From positions 37,899 to 101,898 of the forward strand of contig JAIKVT010000076.1 in NCBI GenBank assembly GCA_024685495.1: a stretch of DNA of 64,000 nucleotides. Direction: 5' to 3'. Source of the stretch: Lachnospiraceae bacterium. Its GTDB lineage: Bacteria; Bacillota; Clostridia; Lachnospirales; Lachnospiraceae. The notes beneath the pieces were generated by a model. It did no database searches and was not told the origin of the DNA. It worked only from the letters and a program-made list of their open reading frames with translations. This document shows positions 19,331 through 27,688 of this stretch, one piece after another. Made by a program: the position numbers and the translations under genes. Every line of letters starts with the position of its first letter. The stretch's first letter is position 1.

Positions 19331-20095
19331 ATGAAAGCTGTGGATAAAGATAAGCTTTGGAAATCTTATTCAGAGAATCGTTCACAGGATATAAGAGAAA
19401 AACTTATTGTTGAGTATGCGCCATTAGTTAAAGTGGTGGCTGGAAGACTCAGTATGCATCTTGGTAATACAGTTGAGTTTGATGACTTGGTAGGTTATGG
19501 AGTCTTTGGTTTAATAGATGCAATAGACAAATTTGATACGGGTAAAGATGTTAAGTTTGAAACTTATGCCAGCGTCAGAATAAGAGGGGCGATTCTTGAT
19601 CAAATCCGTAAAATGGATTGGATTCCAAGAACAGTACGACAAAAACAAAAGAAAATTGATGAAGCTACAAAGGCTGTAGAGAATAAAACCGGTAAAGTCG
19701 CAACAAACAAACAAATCGCTGCTGAACTAAATATTACTCCTAAAGAGTTGTTAGAATGGCAGTCCTTACTTAAGACTACCAATGTTGTTTCGCTTAATGA
19801 ATATGTGGAACAGGGCGCAGAACCTGCAATGGATGCAAGACGTAATTCACATTTCCAACAGCCTGAGACAGCAATTTCAAAGCAGGAGCTTAAAAAAGTT
19901 TTAGCCGAAGCTCTTGAACAATTGACAGATAAAGAAAAAAAAGTCATTTTGTTATATTATTACGAAGAAATGACATTAAAAGAAATAAGTGCAACGCTTG
20001 AAGTATCCGAGTCCAGAATATCACAGTTACATACCAGAGCACTTAATAAAATGAGAAGTAAAATGGGAGATTATATGGAGGTTTTTGCCGGATAG
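19331..20095 (+). CDS. fliA: Flagellar sigma-28 factor FliA/SigD
   Basis: 254 aa sigma-70 family protein with regions 2-4 (YAPLVKVVAGRL, DLVGYGVFGLIDAIDKFD, MTLKEISATLEVSESRISQLHTRAL). Located at the end of the che block. Confidence 0.95.
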   Translation: MKAVDKDKLWKSYSENRSQDIREKLIVEYAPLVKVVAGRLSMHLGNTVEFDDLVGYGVFGLIDAIDKFDTGKDVKFETYASVRIRGAILDQIRKMDWIPRTVRQKQKKIDEATKAVENKTGKVATNKQIAAELNITPKELLEWQSLLKTTNVVSLNEYVEQGAEPAMDARRNSHFQQPETAISKQELKKVLAEALEQLTDKEKKVILLYYYEEMTLKEISATLEVSESRISQLHTRALNKMRSKMGDYMEVFAG

Positions 20096-20162
20096 TAATC
20101 TACATCATCCCATTAGGTAGTTAAAACTTTATATTTGAATCAGGATTTAGGAGAGTATACCT

Positions 20163-21767
20163 ATGAATCAAGAGAACGGATATATACAAGTTGAATACAG
20201 AGATGATAATGAGGCGTTTGTTCTTTATTATCCGCCAACCGGTAGCGGTGAAAAACCCGCTTATAAAGAGTGCGCGGAATATTTAAAAAGCAAAGGCTTT
20301 GAGAATTTTAATAATCAGGAACTTCGTCAATTATTGACCGGTAACGACAAGGGTGAGATGTCACTTGGTGTTGGTGATGGCATAGAATTTAGCGAAAGTC
20401 TTAATTATACGATTTCGCTCGATAAGATGAAGGTTGTATGCAGGTTCTATCCGCCTTCAAAAAATGGTAATGTACTTAATGTACAGGATATTTTAGGAGA
20501 GCTTGCCAAGAAAAATGTTAAATACGGAATAAATCAGGAGCTTATTCTGGAATTTATGAATAACAGAGTCTATTTTACGGACATGGTGATTGCTGAAGGT
20601 GTTAATCCTGTTCATGGAATAGATGATAAGATTGAATATTTCTTTAATACTAATCCGTCATTAAAGCCAAAGCATAATGAAGACGGATCGGTAGATTATC
20701 ATGATTTAGGTAATATTTGTCAGGTTAAAGAAGGGGATTTACTTGCCCGGCTTCACAAAGGTGATAAAGGCTCTAACGGTAAAGATGTTACCGGCAAAGA
20801 TATACCTTGCAGAACTATCAAGACTCTTCGTCTTGAACCCGGTAAAAATATGACCATGAATGAAGATATGACAGAATTGTATTCTGATGTTACAGGCCAT
20901 GTATCTTTGGTTAATGACAAGGTATTTGTATCGGACGTATATGAGGTTCCGGGAGATGTCGACAATTCTGTCGGTAATATCGAATATAATGGAAATGTGC
21001 ATATCCAAGGAAGTGTCAGAGGTGGTTTTCAGGTTATAGCTAAGGGAGATATCGTAATAGACGGTGTTGTAGAAGACGCCCTTATTCAGTCTGATGAAGG
21101 TCAGATTATTGTTAAATGTGGTATCCATGGAATGAAGAAAGGCCTTCTCGATGCCGGTGGCAACATTGTAACTAAATTTATAGAGAATGCAAGTGTATTC
21201 TCAGGTGGTTATGTTGAAGCCGGTACAATTACACAATCTGATGTATCAGCTTCTGATGACATTATTGTTTCTGAGAAAAAAGGTGTTATTACAGGTGGTG
21301 TAATCAGAGCAGGTGGCATGGTAGATGCTCAAACTATCGGTAATACAATGGGCACTGTGACGAAGATTGAAGTAGGTATGGCTCCCGATAAAAAAGAGCG
21401 TTACGTTCAATTACAAAGAGAAATTACAGTTATCAGTCAGAATATTAATAAATTAAAACCTATAATAAAGACATATAATAAATATATTACCGAAGGCAAG
21501 CAATTAGATCAGAAGAACGCGATGTATCTTCAAAAGTTAGCAGGAGAGCTTACTAAGAATACAAAATTACTTGAAGAAAATCAGAATGAGTTTAATGAAC
21601 TTCATCATGAACTTATTACTTCAAGACATGCGAAGATTAAAGTTAATAAGGATGTTTATCCCGGAGTTAGCATTACAATTTCCGATGTTAGTTTCCAGGT
21701 TAAAGATAAACGAAGTTTTTGCCAGTTTGAAAAGAAAGATGGAGAAGTTTATGTAACTAATCTTTAG
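20163..21767 (+). CDS. FapA-family (DUF342) protein
   Basis: 534 aa with a beta-helix-like repetitive core (GNVHIQGSVRGGFQVIAKGDIVIDGVVEDALI...) and a C-terminal coiled coil. This architecture is typical of DUF342/FapA proteins next to fliA. Confidence 0.75.
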   Translation: MNQENGYIQVEYRDDNEAFVLYYPPTGSGEKPAYKECAEYLKSKGFENFNNQELRQLLTGNDKGEMSLGVGDGIEFSESLNYTISLDKMKVVCRFYPPSKNGNVLNVQDILGELAKKNVKYGINQELILEFMNNRVYFTDMVIAEGVNPVHGIDDKIEYFFNTNPSLKPKHNEDGSVDYHDLGNICQVKEGDLLARLHKGDKGSNGKDVTGKDIPCRTIKTLRLEPGKNMTMNEDMTELYSDVTGHVSLVNDKVFVSDVYEVPGDVDNSVGNIEYNGNVHIQGSVRGGFQVIAKGDIVIDGVVEDALIQSDEGQIIVKCGIHGMKKGLLDAGGNIVTKFIENASVFSGGYVEAGTITQSDVSASDDIIVSEKKGVITGGVIRAGGMVDAQTIGNTMGTVTKIEVGMAPDKKERYVQLQREITVISQNINKLKPIIKTYNKYITEGKQLDQKNAMYLQKLAGELTKNTKLLEENQNEFNELHHELITSRHAKIKVNKDVYPGVSITISDVSFQVKDKRSFCQFEKKDGEVYVTNL

Positions 21768-21818
21768 TAACTGACGCTTCTTAAAGCCTTTCTTACATTG
21801 GGATAAGGAGGTGGGTTT

Positions 21819-22136
21819 ATGTCACTTAGTCCAATTAATTTTAACGGTATGATTCAAAATACGGCTGAGGTTGGTAATATCAAAGCCCAAGAGGACGCTC
21901 GGCCTGAAGTTAATCAATCTAATATGCAGGCGGTTTTTAATCAGGAAGAGGAACATGAGAGCCGTTCTGTTAATCAATTAGAGGAAAAGACGAATCAATA
22001 TGATCTTGGTGACGGCAAGGGTAACGGCGGCTATCAAGGCGGTAAAAAGAAAAAGAAAAAAAGAGAAGAAGAGAAGAAATCTGACGGTGTAGTTAAGAAA
22101 AAAGACGGACATGTTTCTTTCGATATGTCTGTATAA
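21819..22136 (+). CDS. Hypothetical small charged protein (105 aa)
   Basis: Very strong RBS (TAAGGAGGTG, 5 nt before the ATG). Polar sequence with no TM and a Lys-rich block (GGKKKKKKREEEKK). No family recognised. Confidence 0.65.
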   Translation: MSLSPINFNGMIQNTAEVGNIKAQEDARPEVNQSNMQAVFNQEEEHESRSVNQLEEKTNQYDLGDGKGNGGYQGGKKKKKKREEEKKSDGVVKKKDGHVSFDMSV

Positions 22137-22182
22137 CTTGTAGTCGATTTTGGTAATTATTAAAGTATAATAAGGAGATATT

Positions 22183-23091
22183 ATGGCAGGTCTTGAAATA
22201 GGACTGGTTGTAGTTGGTATATTGATATTTGTAGGCAGCTTCTTTGTGACTGAGAAGCTGTCTTCTTCTGATATGCAAAATATTACAAGAATCAGTGAAG
22301 ATGAAGTTAAAAATATTGTTGCAAAACAAATCGCTAAATCTGATGAAGTAATTGACGAGAGATTACATGAAAAATTAGATGATGCAGTAAATGATTTTGC
22401 GATAAGAACTGATGATGAATATGTGGCTAAGATGAATCAGATGAATGAGTATTCTGAGAAGGTTTTAGAAACTATGGAAAAAACAAATAATGAAATTGTG
22501 TTTATTCATAGTATGCTTAACGACAAACAGGAAACAGTTACTGAGCTAACATCTAAACTTGATATTACAAAGTCGCAGCTTCTCCAATTAAAAAGTGATG
22601 TGGATGAGCGCATTAAAGAATTAGAAGAACAATATGAAGAGAATATAAAACTTAAAAAAGAGCAGGAATTTGTGACGGGTATCGGAGCTGAACAAGTTGA
22701 AAGTGAAACTGTCAAATCTTTTGAAGATGAATTGATAGACAGAATTAATGATGAAGATTCTGATGCACCTGACGGATTTAAAGAAGTCCTTAAAGCATCA
22801 TCTATAATAGAGAGTGAAGAAGAACACAGACTTGATGAAATGCTAGAGGGTAGTGATAAAGAAAATGATTCAAGCGAAAGCAATATAACAGAAAGTAATG
22901 TATCACAAAACAATTTATCTGATAGTAATTTGTCTGAAAACAACTTAAGAAAAAGTAACAGATTAAATATGTCAGCAACTGAATCGGAAATAATTAAATT
23001 ATATAAAGAAGGCTACAGTGAAATTGAAATCGCTAAAAGATATGGAAAAGGAATTGGCGAGATTAAATTAATTCTTGGCTTATACAATTAA
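22183..23091 (+). CDS. Hypothetical membrane-anchored coiled-coil protein with C-terminal HTH-like module
   Basis: N-terminal TM (GLVVVGILIFVGSFFV) and a long acidic coiled coil. The C-terminus SESEIIKLYKEGYSEIEIAKRYGKGIGEIKLILGLYN resembles a sigma region-4-like HTH. RBS AAGGAG. Confidence 0.75.
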   Translation: MAGLEIGLVVVGILIFVGSFFVTEKLSSSDMQNITRISEDEVKNIVAKQIAKSDEVIDERLHEKLDDAVNDFAIRTDDEYVAKMNQMNEYSEKVLETMEKTNNEIVFIHSMLNDKQETVTELTSKLDITKSQLLQLKSDVDERIKELEEQYEENIKLKKEQEFVTGIGAEQVESETVKSFEDELIDRINDEDSDAPDGFKEVLKASSIIESEEEHRLDEMLEGSDKENDSSESNITESNVSQNNLSDSNLSENNLRKSNRLNMSATESEIIKLYKEGYSEIEIAKRYGKGIGEIKLILGLYN

Positions 23092-23132
23092 TTATGGGCT
23101 TATATAATTAATTCTTGGCTTATATAATTAAT
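23068..23132 (+). repeat. 3.2 tandem copies of a 20-nt unit spanning the stop codon
   Basis: TTAATTCTTGGCTTATACAA / TTAATTATGGGCTTATATAA / TTAATTCTTGGCTTATATAA / TTAAT. The stop TAA at 23089-23091 lies at the unit 1/2 junction. Confidence 0.95.
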
Positions 23133-23181
23133 AAAAGAATCATTATCAGTTCAAAAGTTATATGATATTAAGAGGATAAAT

Positions 23182-23715
23182 ATGAAATTAAAGTATTATA
23201 TGCGTGGCATTGGAATAGGAGTTTTGGTTACAACAATAATTCTTGTTGTTGCATTCGCATTTTCAGATAAAAATATAACAGATCAGGAAGTGATTGCAAG
23301 GGCAAAAAAATTAGGAATGGTTGAAACTAATACAACTGCTAATAACTCGACTAATACAACGGCTGATTCTTCTAATAACGATACTGAAGCAACCGGTAAT
23401 CAGACAATACCGGGTGCTACTAATCCTATGCCTGATTCTACGGCTAATACGCTAAAAAATTCAACATCAGCGGCTCAAACGAGTGGAGATACTGTTGAAT
23501 TTACGATTAATACAGGTGAGAGTTCGAGACTTGTTGTCGAGAGGTTGGCTGAAATGGGTATTATAAGTGATGCTTACACATTTAACAAATATGTTAATGA
23601 AAAGGGCATCGATGGAAGTCTGCAGCCCGGAACATTTAAGATTAAGAAGGGAATTAGTGAAGAAGAGTTGTCAAATCTTCTGATAACTAAGCAGCAATTT
23701 AGAGAAAGTGTATAA
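23182..23715 (+). CDS. Hypothetical membrane-anchored protein; C-terminal part resembles the N-terminal YceG/MltG-type domain
   Basis: N-terminal TM, Thr/Asn-rich linker, then GDTVEFTINTGESSRLVVERLAEMGIISDAYTFNKYV...LQPGTFKIKKG. The similarity call is from memory and is weak. Confidence 0.6.
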   Translation: MKLKYYMRGIGIGVLVTTIILVVAFAFSDKNITDQEVIARAKKLGMVETNTTANNSTNTTADSSNNDTEATGNQTIPGATNPMPDSTANTLKNSTSAAQTSGDTVEFTINTGESSRLVVERLAEMGIISDAYTFNKYVNEKGIDGSLQPGTFKIKKGISEEELSNLLITKQQFRESV

Positions 23716-23720
23716 AATCC

Positions 23721-23749
23721 TTGTCATTAATTGTACATTGTGCTAAAAT
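23721..23749 (+). promoter_or_regulatory. Sigma-A-type promoter for rpsB-tsf
   Basis: TTGTCA (23721-23726), 17-nt spacer, extended -10 TGcTAAAAT (23741-23749). Confidence 0.6.
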
Positions 23750-23858
23750 GTTCAAGGCTTTTAAATAAACACACATAATGATTAGGAATATGGTGTTGTT
23801 AATGCAATTAATTCCTAAATTGATTTATGTGGAAGAATTAACCATGGAGGTAAAGAAA

Positions 23859-24599
23859 ATGAGTGTTATTTCAATGAAACAATTGTTAGAAGCGGGTGTT
23901 CACTTTGGACATCAGACAAGAAGATGGAACCCTAAGATGGCTCCTTATATCTTCACAGAGAGAAACGGTATCCATATTATTGACTTACAGAAGACTGTAG
24001 GTATGGTTGATGATGCGTATAATGCCGTATTTGACATTACATCACAGGGTGGTCGTATTCTTTTTGTAGGTACTAAGAAGCAGGCTCAGGATACTATTAA
24101 GACTGAAGCTGAAAGATGTGGAATGTATTATGTAAATGAGAGATGGCTTGGAGGTATGCTTACTAACTTTAAGACAATTCAAAGCAGAATCGACAGACTT
24201 AAAGCTATCGAGAAGATGGAAGAGGACGGTACATTTGATGTTCTCCCTAAGAAAGAAGTTATGTCTCTTCGCAAAGAGATGGAAAAGCTTACAAGAAACC
24301 TTGGCGGAATAAAGGATATGGGACGTGTGCCTGATGCTATTGTAGTAGTAGATCCTAAGAAAGAAAGAATTTGTATCGAAGAGGCTCATACACTTGGTAT
24401 TCCTCTTATCGGTATTGCTGATACTAACTGTGATCCTGATGATTTAGAGTTTATTATACCTGGTAATGATGATGCTATTCGTGCAGTTAAGCTTATTATT
24501 TCTAAGATGGCTGATGCTGTTATCGAGGCTAATCAGGGTCTTATGGATTCAGGTAATAACGAAGAAGCTGCAGACGATGCAGAAGGTTCTGAAGAGTAA
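23859..24599 (+). CDS. rpsB: 30S ribosomal protein S2
   Basis: [30 protein letters not shown] at 23859 is preceded by GGAGG. The ORF-track start at 23778 is an upstream in-frame extension. Confidence 0.97.
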   Translation: MSVISMKQLLEAGVHFGHQTRRWNPKMAPYIFTERNGIHIIDLQKTVGMVDDAYNAVFDITSQGGRILFVGTKKQAQDTIKTEAERCGMYYVNERWLGGMLTNFKTIQSRIDRLKAIEKMEEDGTFDVLPKKEVMSLRKEMEKLTRNLGGIKDMGRVPDAIVVVDPKKERICIEEAHTLGIPLIGIADTNCDPDDLEFIIPGNDDAIRAVKLIISKMADAVIEANQGLMDSGNNEEAADDAEGSEE

Positions 24600-24640
24600 T
24601 TATATAAATAATAGATTGATATAAATTGGAGGATAATATT

Positions 24641-25720
24641 ATGGCTATCACAACAGCTATGGTTAAAGAACTGCGTGAGAAGACAGGCGCAGGTATGATG
24701 GATTGTAAGAAAGCATTAAATGAAGTTGCAGGAGATATGAAGGCTGCAGTTGAAGCTCTTCAGAAGAAGGGTGTAGCTAAGGCTGCTAAGAAGGCAACAC
24801 GTATTGCTGCAGAAGGAATCACAAGAGTTGCTGTAACAAAAGGTAATGCTTGTGTAGTTGAAGTAAATTCTGAAACAGATTTTGTTGCTAAAAATGAAAT
24901 ATTTAGAGATTTTGTTCAGGAAGTTGCAGATAAAGCTCTTGCATCAGACCTTCAAGGTGGAGTTAACGGTGAAGATGTTGACACTCTTTTAGAAGAGACA
25001 GGCCTTAAGGATGAATTGATTGACAAGACTGCTACAATCGGTGAGAAATTATCAGTAAGAAGATTTGCCAAAGTAAACGGTGATATGGTTGTATGCTATA
25101 TTCACGGTGGTGGACGTATTGGTGTTCTTGTTGCTGCTTCAGGTGAGAGAAATGATGCTAACAAAGAAGCTCTTAACAATGTTGCAATGCAGATTGCAGC
25201 TATGAATCCTGAGTATATTTCACAGTCTGATCTTACAGATGAAGAGAAAGCTAAGCAGGAAGAAATCGTTAAGGAAAGTGCTCTTAACGATCCGTTCTCA
25301 CTTCCTAAACCAATTTTATCAGAGCTTATTAATAAGGCTCTTGAAGAGCGCTGGAGTGAAGAAGATAAGGCTATCTATGAAGAGAAGAAGTCTAAGATGA
25401 ATTTCCTTCCTAATTTCTTATCTGATGATGCAAAAAATGCGCTTGCAGAGATTTCAATGAATGCAAAAGAGAAGATTTATGAGAACAAGATTTTCTCAGG
25501 TCTTGTAAATGGTCGTGTTAATAAGAGATATAAAGAGATGTGTCTATACGATCAGGTATATGTAAGAGCCGAGGATGGTAAGCAGACAGTTTCTCAGTAT
25601 TTAGCTTCAGTTGACGAGAACCTTAAGGTTACTGATATGGTTCGTTTTGAAGTTGGCGAAGGTATTGAGAAAAAAGAAGAAGATTTTGCCGCTGAAGTAG
25701 CTGCACAGATGAATTCATAA
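24641..25720 (+). CDS. tsf: Elongation factor Ts (with ~65-aa internal insertion)
   Basis: MAITTAMVKELREKTGAGMMDCKKAL (UBA-like N-terminus) and a TS core. ATG at 24641 follows GGAGG. Confidence 0.96.
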   Translation: MAITTAMVKELREKTGAGMMDCKKALNEVAGDMKAAVEALQKKGVAKAAKKATRIAAEGITRVAVTKGNACVVEVNSETDFVAKNEIFRDFVQEVADKALASDLQGGVNGEDVDTLLEETGLKDELIDKTATIGEKLSVRRFAKVNGDMVVCYIHGGGRIGVLVAASGERNDANKEALNNVAMQIAAMNPEYISQSDLTDEEKAKQEEIVKESALNDPFSLPKPILSELINKALEERWSEEDKAIYEEKKSKMNFLPNFLSDDAKNALAEISMNAKEKIYENKIFSGLVNGRVNKRYKEMCLYDQVYVRAEDGKQTVSQYLASVDENLKVTDMVRFEVGEGIEKKEEDFAAEVAAQMNS

Positions 25721-25759
25721 TCATCGGTTTTCTTAAAAAAGATATTAATTAATTATAAA

Positions 25760-25816
25760 GGTGCATGTTTTCTGTTGACCCAAATTATGGGTATAACAGA
25801 CAGCCTGCACTTTTTT
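25760..25816 (+). terminator. Intrinsic terminator after tsf
   Basis: Long interrupted hairpin (GGTGCATGTTTTCTGTT ... AACAGACAGCCTGCAC) with an inner ACCCA/TGGGT stem, followed by TTTTTT. Confidence 0.7.
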
Positions 25817-25830
25817 AAAGGAAAATATTT

Positions 25831-26736
25831 ATGAGTCAGGATAAGAAAGATAATAATCTTAAAGACACAAGAGATAAAAGAAAACGTGTTGAAAGAATAA
25901 AAAATGGAATTATTATTGCAATATTCGTGTCAATTATTGTCTCATTAATTGCTATTATTGGTTTAATCATTTCAATTGTAAATATGATTGGACTAAGTAG
26001 CAGAATTGAAGATTTAGAAAAAACTCAAGTTAATAATACTCAACCTGCTTCAACTGCTAAGCAGGAAAATAATACAGATACATCTAATATTATTCAACCT
26101 GATAGTGGTGAAGTGCCTTCTGTATATCTTACATTTGATGATGGGCCAAGCACTAATACGGAGTCAATTCTTAATACATTGGCTAAATATAACGTTAAAG
26201 CAACATTTTTCCTTGTCGCAAAAGAAGATGATGCTTCTAAAGATTTAATTAAGAGAATGTCCAATGAAGGTCATTCTATAGGAGTGCATTCTTACTCTAA
26301 CAAATACTCCGAAATTTATTCATCTATTGATTCATTTAAAAATGATGTAGATTCAATGAGAAGTTATCTTGAATCCATAATTGGTTATAAGCCAACTTTA
26401 TACAGATTCCCGGGCGGAAGTGGCAATAAAGTTACTAATGTAGACATCAAAGAATGTATATCATATTTGGATTCTTTAGATATGAAATATTTTGATTGGA
26501 ATGTTTCTAGTGGTGATGCAGCAAGTAATGCATATACAAGTGATGAATTAGTTGAAAATGTTATGAAGGATGTGGTAAAATACAAGACATCGGTAGTTCT
26601 TTTGCACGATGCAGATAATAAAGGAACTACAGCCGAAGCATTGCCTTCTCTTATTGAGGCTTTGCAAGCGGCAAATGTCAATCTTTTGCCAATAACTGAT
26701 GCTACACCGTTAGTACAACATGTTAAGGCAAAATAA
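25831..26736 (+). CDS. Membrane-anchored polysaccharide deacetylase (NodB homology domain)
   Basis: N-terminal TM and the TFDDGPS motif (YLTFDDGPSTNT), with downstream His-containing motifs (GHSIGVHSYS). Confidence 0.85.
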   Translation: MSQDKKDNNLKDTRDKRKRVERIKNGIIIAIFVSIIVSLIAIIGLIISIVNMIGLSSRIEDLEKTQVNNTQPASTAKQENNTDTSNIIQPDSGEVPSVYLTFDDGPSTNTESILNTLAKYNVKATFFLVAKEDDASKDLIKRMSNEGHSIGVHSYSNKYSEIYSSIDSFKNDVDSMRSYLESIIGYKPTLYRFPGGSGNKVTNVDIKECISYLDSLDMKYFDWNVSSGDAASNAYTSDELVENVMKDVVKYKTSVVLLHDADNKGTTAEALPSLIEALQAANVNLLPITDATPLVQHVKAK

Positions 26737-26758
26737 ATAGTTATCGGAGGGATGTAAA

Positions 26759-27688
26759 ATGGGATTTTTTAAGGATTTTAAGGACGATTTTTCAGATGCG
26801 GTTAATGAACTTGTCCCGGATGAAGGCAGTAATAATTCGACAGAATATGATGAACCTACAGATATGAATGATTCTCTTGATGAGGCAATTGACGTTGATG
26901 ATGAATTATCAAAATTAGACGGCTTGTTTGAGCAGGTATCTAAGAAAGTAGAAAATAACGAGACTTTTGCTCCTACTACAGATGATAGTTCATCCACTGC
27001 TGATGAAGAAAAGGCAGACACGAAAGAAGATAAGGCTGAAAAGAAGAATAACATTTTCGACAAGAAAAAATCTAAGAAGAAGGATAAAGATAAGGATAAA
27101 GTGAAAGAGAAGGAGAGTGAGAAGATGGATTCATTTAAGACTTATATACCGGAAGACATTGATGTTACACCACAACCAGCAAGTACACCAAGTACAAGTA
27201 GTACAATCAGTCCAACTATTACAGCTGACGTAGGAGCAGTTAGTGATGAGAATGCTGTTATTACTAAGGGCATGACAATTAACGGAAGTCTTGAGTCTAC
27301 AGGTTCAATCAACATTGAAGGTACTATTAACGGTGATATTACATGTAACGGTAAGCTCGTTATTACCGGATATGTAGAAGGTAACAGTAATTCTGCAGAG
27401 TTCTTTGCTGATGCAGCTAAAGTTAACGGTGAAGTTAATACAACAGGAACAGCAAAGGTTGGTGTTGGTTCAGTAGTTAAAGGTAATATCGTTGCAACAT
27501 CTGCTGTTATCGCCGGTGCTGTAAAGGGTGATATTGATGTACAAGGACCTGTTGTTGTCGATACATCTGCAGTTGTTGTTGGTAATATTAAATCACGTTC
27601 TGTACAGATTAACAATGGTGCCGTAATTGAAGGTTTCTGTTCACAGACATATGCAGAAGTTGATGTTGAGGACGTATTTGGATCATGA
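26759..27688 (+). CDS. Bactofilin-domain protein with long acidic N-terminal region
   Basis: The C-terminal ~130 aa are a beta-helical repeat typical of bactofilins (ITKGMTINGSLESTGSINIEGTINGDITCNGKLVITGYVEGN...GNIVATSAVIAGAVKGDIDVQGPVVVD). The stop overlaps the pyrH start (ATGA). Confidence 0.75.
   Translation: MGFFKDFKDDFSDAVNELVPDEGSNNSTEYDEPTDMNDSLDEAIDVDDELSKLDGLFEQVSKKVENNETFAPTTDDSSSTADEEKADTKEDKAEKKNNIFDKKKSKKKDKDKDKVKEKESEKMDSFKTYIPEDIDVTPQPASTPSTSSTISPTITADVGAVSDENAVITKGMTINGSLESTGSINIEGTINGDITCNGKLVITGYVEGNSNSAEFFADAAKVNGEVNTTGTAKVGVGSVVKGNIVATSAVIAGAVKGDIDVQGPVVVDTSAVVVGNIKSRSVQINNGAVIEGFCSQTYAEVDVEDVFGS

Noticed and set aside
23778-23858. Upstream in-frame extensions proposed by the ORF track for rpsB (similar cases: tsf 24626, cdsA 29810, dxr 30681, cheC 17837, nrnA 49806, ribF 51809, OadG-like 59694, small membrane protein 18989)
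   Set aside because: In each case a downstream ATG sits 5-9 nt after a clear GGAGG/AGGAG-type SD. That ATG also gives the conserved family N-terminus, for example [19 protein letters not shown] for S2. The longer starts include the SD itself within the coding sequence.
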